NCBI GenBank assembly: GCA_041645075.1
Contig: JBAZQS010000004.1
Coordinates: forward strand, 1 to 58,146
Source: Patescibacteria group bacterium
GTDB taxonomy: Bacteria > Patescibacteriota > Patescibacteriia > 2-01-FULL-39-33
Length of the DNA stretch: 58,146 nt
Reading direction: 5' to 3'
Positions 52,556 to 58,146 of the stretch are shown one piece after another; the first letter of the stretch is position 1; every line of letters begins with the position of its first letter. Position numbers and translations under genes: made by a program. A model generated the notes under the pieces. That model saw nothing but the letters and a program-made list of their open reading frames with translations, had not been told where the DNA came from and made no database searches.

Positions 52556-54091
52556 ATGAAAGAAATTGAGCAAAAATTAATCAATTGGCAAGAAGCTGTC
52601 CTAAAACAGCCGGCTTTTAATTTTATTAAAAAAATAATTAAACAATTTCCCGAAGCCAATATTTATTTGGTCGGCGGCGCGGTAAGGGATATTATCCTTG
52701 AAAGAGAAACAAAAGATTTTGACTTTGTGGTCGGAAAAATAGAAGCGAAAGACATAGAAAAATTTTTAGCCAAAGAAGGAAAAATAAATTTGGTCGGCAA
52801 AAGTTTTGGGGTGTTTAAATTCGTTCCCGACCCCCTCCTTCACCTCCCCCTTAATAAGGGGGAGGGGGGTGGGGGTTTAGATCCCATTGACATTGCCCTG
52901 CCCCGCACCGAGCACGCGAGTATGACCGGCGGTTATCGCGACTTTGAAATTCAAAGCGACAAAAATTTGCCGATTGAAGAGGACTTGGGCCGGCGCGATT
53001 TCACCATCAATGCTCTGGCTTGGGACATTAAAAATCAAAAATTAATTGATGAATTCGGCGGGATAAAAGATTTAGAAAATAAAATTATCAAAGCCATTGG
53101 CCAGCCCGAGCAAAGATTCCAAGAGGACTATACGAGAATGTTAAGGGCCATTAGATTTTCCTGCCAGCTTAATTTTGAAATAGAAAACAAAACCTTATCC
53201 ACCATCAAAAAAAAGGCGGAAGAAATCAGATCAATACCGAAAGAAAGAATCAATGAAGAATTGACGAAAATCATTATGTCCGATAACGCCGAAACCGGAT
53301 TGCGTTCAATGCAAAAAATCGGCTTGATTAAAATTTTAATTCCGGAACTGGAAGAAGGCGTGGGCGTAGGGCAAAACAAGGAACACATTTATGAGGTGTT
53401 TGAGCACAATATCCGCTCTCTCGGCGCGGCGGCCCAAAAAAAATTCAAACTGGAAATTCGGCTGGCCGCCTTATTTCATGATATCGGCAAACCAATGGCC
53501 AAAGAAGGCGACGGTCCTAATTCTACTTTTTATAATCATGACCAAATGGGCGCTAAGATGACCAAGGAAATCTTAAAACACTTGAATTATCCAAATGATA
53601 TTATAAAAAAAGTCACTCATTTGGTGCGTTATCATATGTTTTATTATGCCTTGGATACGGTGAGCGACGCCGGCGTCAGGCGCTTGCTTAATCGGCTCGG
53701 CCAAGAAAATATTGAGGACTTTATTAATGTCAGAATCTGCGACCGCTTGGGCATGGGCCGGCCTAAGGCCAAACCGTGGAAATTAATTGAGCTGGAAAAA
53801 CGATTCAAAGAAGTGGTCCTGGAACCGATTACGCCGAAAATGTTAAAGATTAACGGCCGGGAAATAATGGCCAGCCAAAAATTAAAACCCGGCCCAAAAA
53901 TCGGCTTGCTCTTGAACGCTATTTTAGGAGAAATTTTAGAAAACCCCGAAAAAAACGATAAAGAATATTTATTAAAAAGAGTTGAAGAATTGAATGAATT
54001 TTCGGATGAAAAGCTAAAATCAATGCATCCGGATATTAAATTTTATGAAGAAGAAAGAAAACGGCTCCTTCATCAAAAAAATAAAAGTTAA
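52556..54091 (+). CDS. cca: CCA-adding tRNA nucleotidyltransferase with HD domain, carrying an in-frame palindromic insertion
   Basis: GGAVRD and RDFTINA motifs and an HD region (LFHDIGKP). The segment PDPLLHLPLNKGEGGGGLDP is encoded by a repeat. Confidence 0.8.
   Translation: MKEIEQKLINWQEAVLKQPAFNFIKKIIKQFPEANIYLVGGAVRDIILERETKDFDFVVGKIEAKDIEKFLAKEGKINLVGKSFGVFKFVPDPLLHLPLNKGEGGGGLDPIDIALPRTEHASMTGGYRDFEIQSDKNLPIEEDLGRRDFTINALAWDIKNQKLIDEFGGIKDLENKIIKAIGQPEQRFQEDYTRMLRAIRFSCQLNFEIENKTLSTIKKKAEEIRSIPKERINEELTKIIMSDNAETGLRSMQKIGLIKILIPELEEGVGVGQNKEHIYEVFEHNIRSLGAAAQKKFKLEIRLAALFHDIGKPMAKEGDGPNSTFYNHDQMGAKMTKEILKHLNYPNDIIKKVTHLVRYHMFYYALDTVSDAGVRRLLNRLGQENIEDFINVRICDRLGMGRPKAKPWKLIELEKRFKEVVLEPITPKMLKINGREIMASQKLKPGPKIGLLLNAILGEILENPEKNDKEYLLKRVEELNEFSDEKLKSMHPDIKFYEEERKRLLHQKNKS
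52829..52876. repeat. G+C-rich palindromic module inside cca
   Basis: CCTCCCCCTTA-A-TAAGGGGGAGG (52843-52865) with C-run and G-run flanks. The core is the same as at 19709-19731. Confidence 0.75.
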
Positions 54092-55031
54092 TCTTGAAAA
54101 CCGGGGCCAGCGGCTTGATAAATTTTTAGCCGAGAAACTGCCCGATTTATCGCGGTCGCAAATCAAAAAACTCATTAAAAATGAGATAATTTCAGTTAAT
54201 GGCAAAAAATCTTCGGTGCATCAATTTTTAAAAGAAGGGAATATTATTGAAATTTCAAATGACAAATTACCAATATCCAAAAAATCAGAAAAATATATCA
54301 TTAAGGCAACCGCTCAACCGCTCGCCGAACCAAAAATTATTGCCGAGGAAAATGATTTTTTAATAATGGAAAAACCGGCCGGACTGCTGGTCCATCCCAC
54401 CGAAAGAAACGAAACCGATACTTTGGTGGACTGGCTCATTGACAAATTTCCCAAACTCAAAAAAATCGGCGAAAATCCAGAGCGCCCCGCCCTGGTCCAC
54501 CGCTTAGACAAAGATGTTTCCGGCTTAATGATTATTCCCAAGACCCAAGAGGCCTTTGATTATTTTAAACGGCAATTCAAAGAGCATAATATCATCAAAA
54601 AATATATCGGGCTGGTTTACGGGGAAATCAAAAGGGACGAGGCGGAAATAAATTTTGCCATTGGCCGGTCGGACAATAAAAAAGGATTGTTCGTGGCTCG
54701 CCCCAAGAGCAAAAAAGAACAATGGGACGATAAAGCCAAAAAAGCCATTACCAATTTCATGGTCCTTAAAAAATTCAAAAATTATACGCTGCTGGAAATC
54801 CAAATCCTCACGGGCCGCACCCATCAAATCCGCGTCCATCTGCTGGCTTATGGCCACCCGATTGTCGGTGATAGATTATACTTTCTTAAAAAATTAAAAC
54901 CGAAAATTAATCTGGAAAGAATTTTCTTACACGCCTATCATTTATCTTTTATGGGGCCGGACAATAGGCCTTATGAATTTAACAGCAAACTGCCCGATAA
55001 TTTAGAATCAATATTAACGGCTCTGAAATAA
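54045..55031 (+). CDS. RluA-family 23S rRNA pseudouridine synthase (RluD-like)
   Basis: N-terminal S4 domain (RLDKFLAEKLPDLSRSQIKKLI) and the catalytic HRLDKDVSG motif. The start is uncertain because it overlaps cca by 47 nt. Confidence 0.8.
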   Translation: MKKKENGSFIKKIKVNLENRGQRLDKFLAEKLPDLSRSQIKKLIKNEIISVNGKKSSVHQFLKEGNIIEISNDKLPISKKSEKYIIKATAQPLAEPKIIAEENDFLIMEKPAGLLVHPTERNETDTLVDWLIDKFPKLKKIGENPERPALVHRLDKDVSGLMIIPKTQEAFDYFKRQFKEHNIIKKYIGLVYGEIKRDEAEINFAIGRSDNKKGLFVARPKSKKEQWDDKAKKAITNFMVLKKFKNYTLLEIQILTGRTHQIRVHLLAYGHPIVGDRLYFLKKLKPKINLERIFLHAYHLSFMGPDNRPYEFNSKLPDNLESILTALK

Positions 55032-55128
55032 CAGTGTCGGTCCTTTAAACTTTTCAAAACTTGCCAAGGGCATATAATTCTGCTAAAATTGATTCAGGTT
55101 TCTATTTTAAAAATTACGACTAACCATT

Positions 55129-55383
55129 ATGGGCTTACCCAGCAAGAAAAGGACAAAAACATCCAAAAGGCAAAGGGCGTCGCATTTTGCCCTTAAAGCC
55201 GTCAAATTAAATGAATGCCCCCACTGCCATAAGCCGGTTTTGCCATACCATGCCTGCGAATTTTGCGGCTACTATAAAGGCCGGCAAATTATTACCATAA
55301 AAATAAAGAAAAAAACCGAAAAGCAAAGAGCGCAGGCAAGAAAACAAGACGCCAGAGAAAAGGAAGCGCCAAAAAACAAATAA
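55129..55383 (+). CDS. rpmF: 50S ribosomal protein L32 with Lys-rich C-terminal extension
   Basis: [18 protein letters not shown] and CPHCHK...CEFCGYYKG. Confidence 0.85.
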   Translation: MGLPSKKRTKTSKRQRASHFALKAVKLNECPHCHKPVLPYHACEFCGYYKGRQIITIKIKKKTEKQRAQARKQDAREKEAPKNK

Positions 55384-55387
55384 GAGT

Positions 55388-55825
55388 ATGTCCAATCGGC
55401 ATTTAGCCAGAACCATCGCCGTTCAAACATTATACCAATGGGATTTCAACGGCCAAAAAGACAATGTCTATGACATTTTAGAGCATAATCGCCAAGAATT
55501 TGCCCCGGAATTTGACGATGGCGGTTTTATCAAGCACCTGATTGAGGGGGTGATTAACAATAAAAAAGAGGTTGACGATTATATCGTTAAGTTTGCCCCG
55601 GAATGGCCCTTGGAACAAATCACTATTGTTGACCGCAATATTCTTCGTCTGGGCACCTATGAATTAAAATTTGATGAAGACATTCCCGCCAAGGTGGCAA
55701 TTAATGAGTCCATTGAATTAGCCAAAACCTTCGGCGGCGAGTCATCCGGCAAATTTGTTAACGGCGTGCTCGGCGCCATTTATAAAGAAATTGGAGAAAA
55801 AAAAGTTGACCATAAAGACCGTTAA
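55388..55825 (+). CDS. nusB: transcription antitermination factor NusB
   Basis: [17 protein letters not shown] and [23 protein letters not shown]. Confidence 0.85.
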   Translation: MSNRHLARTIAVQTLYQWDFNGQKDNVYDILEHNRQEFAPEFDDGGFIKHLIEGVINNKKEVDDYIVKFAPEWPLEQITIVDRNILRLGTYELKFDEDIPAKVAINESIELAKTFGGESSGKFVNGVLGAIYKEIGEKKVDHKDR

Positions 55826-55906
55826 ATCCGGGACGGAAAAAAGCCCGGAAAACCCAGAGCATGAGACGGAAACCAATGATAATTTAACCGAAAAATAATT
55901 GAAGCC

Positions 55907-56605
55907 ATGAAAGATATTGCCAAATTAGAAAAAATTTTAAAGGTAAAATTTAAAAATAAGGACTTACTGATTCAAGCCGTGGTCCATCGCTCCTATTTAA
56001 ACGAGCATCCTGAATTTAAATTAGACCATAACGAACGACTGGAATTTTTGGGCGATGCGATTTTAGAAATGGTGGTGACCGATCATCTTTATAAGCATTA
56101 TCCTAATCCGGAAGGCGAGCTGACCAATTGGCGCGCGAGCTTGGTCAATAGTATTACCCTGGCTAATATTGCCGAGCAATTGGACATTGAGCCGTTTCTT
56201 TATTTAAGCCGGGGCGAGGCCAAGGACAGTAACGCCAAAAGCCGGCAATACATCCTGGCCAATGCCATGGAATCAATTATCGGCGCGATTTATCTTGATT
56301 TGGGCTTAATCGCGGTAAAAAAATTTATTGAAAAAAATATTATCAGCAAATTGAAAGATATTCTGGCCAAAAAACTCTATATTGATCCAAAAAGTTATTT
56401 TCAAGAAGCGGCTCAAGAAAAATTAAGCATCACCCCAATCTACAAAGTCCTCAAATCGTCCGGCCCGGACCACGCAAAAATTTTTGAAATCGGCGCTTAT
56501 CTGGAAAAAGAATTGGTCGCCACGGGCAAGGGCACAAGCAAGCAGGAAGCGCAAACAGAAGCGGCAAAAAACGCGCTCGCCCAAAAAAATTGGCAAATTA
56601 AATAG
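55907..56605 (+). CDS. rnc: ribonuclease III
   Basis: ERLEFLGDAILE signature and a C-terminal dsRBD. Confidence 0.9.
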   Translation: MKDIAKLEKILKVKFKNKDLLIQAVVHRSYLNEHPEFKLDHNERLEFLGDAILEMVVTDHLYKHYPNPEGELTNWRASLVNSITLANIAEQLDIEPFLYLSRGEAKDSNAKSRQYILANAMESIIGAIYLDLGLIAVKKFIEKNIISKLKDILAKKLYIDPKSYFQEAAQEKLSITPIYKVLKSSGPDHAKIFEIGAYLEKELVATGKGTSKQEAQTEAAKNALAQKNWQIK

Positions 56606-56632
56606 CGGCTAAAAAATTTAAATAAAAATCCT

Positions 56633-57673
56633 ATGCTTATTGATAATTTCCTCAAAGAGGCGGTCAAACAAAAGGCCTCTGATTTCCATTTGGTGGCTGA
56701 TATGCCACCCCATATCCGCGTTAATGGCGACTTAAGGCCATTAAACAAAAAACCAATCGGCGCCAAAGAAATAGAGGCCCTGATAAAAGAATGCCTGACC
56801 GACAATTTATTTAAAAAATTTGTCATTGAAAGAGAGCTGGATTTCGCCCATGAAACCCCTGATGGTTCCCGCTTCCGTATAAACATCCACTGGGAAAAAG
56901 GCAATGTCGGTTTGGCCGCCAGAACCATTCCTTCGCAAGTGCCAAGCATGAAGGAAATCGGCATGTCGGAAGTGGTTTATGATCTTTGCAATCTTGACCG
57001 CGGCCTGATTTTAGTGACCGGGCCAACGGGTTGCGGTAAGTCCACTTCCTTGGCCGCGATGATTGATTTTATAAATAAAACCAAGGGCGTTAACATTATC
57101 ACCCTGGAAGATCCGATTGAGTTCGTTTTCAAGCCGATAAAAAGCATCGTCAGACAAAGACAATTAGGCACCGACATCCTGTCTTTTCAAAACGGCCTGG
57201 TCCATGTTCTGCGCCAAGACCCGAATGTGATCATGGTCGGCGAAATGAGAAATTTAGAAACCATTGCGACGACCATTACTCTGGCGGAAACCGGGCATTT
57301 GGTCTTTGCCACCCTGCATACTTACAGCGCGGCGCAAACCATTGACCGTATTATAGACATCTTCCCGCCCTATCAGCAAAATCAAGTGCGCATGCAAATA
57401 TCACTGACCCTTAAAGGCATTATCTCGCAAAAATTACTCCATAGCACTGACGGCAAAAGAGTCGCCGCCAGAGAAATATTAATCAACACTCCGGCTATTT
57501 CCAACTTGATTCGAGAAAATAAAATCGCCCAAATCAAATCCACGATGCAGACCAGCGCCAAGGAAAAAATGATTACCATGGATGTTGCCATTAAAAAATT
57601 ATATGAGGAAGGCGTTATTGCCCGCGAAATCATGGAAGCCAATATCTCGCCTTTTGATAAAATCGCCTATTAG
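56633..57673 (+). CDS. pilT: type IV pilus retraction ATPase PilT
   Basis: Walker A GPTGCGKST and the Asp/His boxes typical of PilT; 346 aa. Confidence 0.85.
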   Translation: MLIDNFLKEAVKQKASDFHLVADMPPHIRVNGDLRPLNKKPIGAKEIEALIKECLTDNLFKKFVIERELDFAHETPDGSRFRINIHWEKGNVGLAARTIPSQVPSMKEIGMSEVVYDLCNLDRGLILVTGPTGCGKSTSLAAMIDFINKTKGVNIITLEDPIEFVFKPIKSIVRQRQLGTDILSFQNGLVHVLRQDPNVIMVGEMRNLETIATTITLAETGHLVFATLHTYSAAQTIDRIIDIFPPYQQNQVRMQISLTLKGIISQKLLHSTDGKRVAAREILINTPAISNLIRENKIAQIKSTMQTSAKEKMITMDVAIKKLYEEGVIAREIMEANISPFDKIAY

Positions 57674-57779
57674 ATTATAAATAAAAAAATCAACCCCGCC
57701 TCTCGCGAAAAGTAGGGTTGATTTTTTTATAATTTTATGATAATCTTAAATTTGTTTAAAACTGAATTAGGCGTTTTAA

Positions 57780-57853
57780 GCACCCGTAGCTCAACTGGAT
57801 AGAGTACTTGGCTTCGGACCAAGGGGTTGCAGGTTCGAATCCTGCCGGGTGCG
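57780..57853 (+). tRNA. tRNA-Arg(TCG)
   Basis: GCACCCG/CGGGTGC acceptor, anticodon loop CTTCGGA, T-arm GCAGG-TTCGAAT-CCTGC. Confidence 0.85.
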
Positions 57854-57857
57854 ATAT

Positions 57858-57899
57858 TAACACTTAACACTTAACACTTAACCATTAACCGTTAACTTA
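57858..57899 (+). repeat. tandem heptamer repeat (TTAACNN)x6 between two tRNAs
   Basis: TTAACAC TTAACAC TTAACAC TTAACCA TTAACCG TTAACTT, followed by two GTTAATTGT motifs at 57909 and 57930. Confidence 0.8.
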
Positions 57900-57944
57900 A
57901 AACTTATTGTTAATTGTCAACTGTCAAAAGTTAATTGTTATCGT

Positions 57945-58017
57945 GGGACGTTAGCTCAGTTGGTAGAGCAGATCCCTCTTAAGGATATGGTCGCAGGTTC
58001 GAATCCTGCACGTCCCA
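57945..58017 (+). tRNA. tRNA-Lys(CTT)
   Basis: GGGACGT/ACGTCCC acceptor, anticodon loop CTCTTAA, T-arm GCAGG-TTCGAAT-CCTGC. Confidence 0.85.
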
Positions 58018-58059
58018 CTTATTTAAAACCCCCTGATTAATCAGGGGGTTTTAAATAAG
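58018..58059. terminator. perfect 42-nt palindrome, bidirectional terminator
   Basis: CTTATTTAAAACCCCCTGAT/ATCAGGGGGTTTTAAATAAG directly after tRNA-Lys. Confidence 0.6.
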
Positions 58060-58146
58060 TGGTGCCTTTTGGTTAAAATCCGAACTTTTTTTGACGAAAA
58101 TCCGGACTGCAAATTCTGACGCTCCGCCCCGCCGCCCGCCTCCGCT

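Noticed and set aside
56497-57026. Minus-strand ORFs (155 aa and 67 aa) overlapping rnc and pilT
   Set aside because: They are antisense to two well-supported genes and have no independent signals.

Overview
This is a 58 kb bacterial window with a compact, housekeeping-rich, AT-leaning backbone. Gene style and content fit a small-genome Patescibacteria/CPR-like organism; that placement is inference and cannot be verified here.

Recognisable genes:
- Central metabolism and stress: ppsA (partial), pyk, copA, groES-groEL with a perfect CIRCE operator.
- Envelope: GT4 glycosyltransferase, O-antigen-ligase-like protein, LysM/M23 peptidase, comM-like ATPase, lspA.
- RNA and translation: pnp, rpsO, tyrS, valS, cca, rluD-like, rpmF, nusB, rnc, pilT.
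- Purine synthesis: large single-chain purL and purE-purC. These look G+C-richer than the backbone by eye.
- tRNA: ten tRNA or tRNA-derived loci in three clusters.
- No rRNA, CRISPR array, integrase or transposase was seen.

Three things stand out:
1. A tightly packed single-strand run (about 17.4 kb down to 3.6 kb) is headed by a BlaI/BlaR1-type repressor-sensor pair. It encodes almost only Cys-motif membrane or exported proteins and ends at cupredoxin-copA. Two adjacent proteins share an identical C-terminal LPNMVGGC tail. One of them shares an ACGCAH motif with the sensor. I read this as an uncharacterised envelope thiol/soft-metal system.
2. Several families of small, nested, G+C-rich palindromic modules sit in intergenic DNA, in UTRs and in frame inside protein genes (O-antigen ligase, GT4, cca, valS and an orphan ORF). 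Compensatory stem changes and stop-codon purging are visible in the genic copy of one family.
3. tRNA genes are structurally disrupted. A complete tRNA-Arg(TCT) is nested inside a second, T-arm-less copy of itself, and a tRNA-Val 5' fragment is fused to one of the modules.

All coordinates for non-ORF features were counted by hand.
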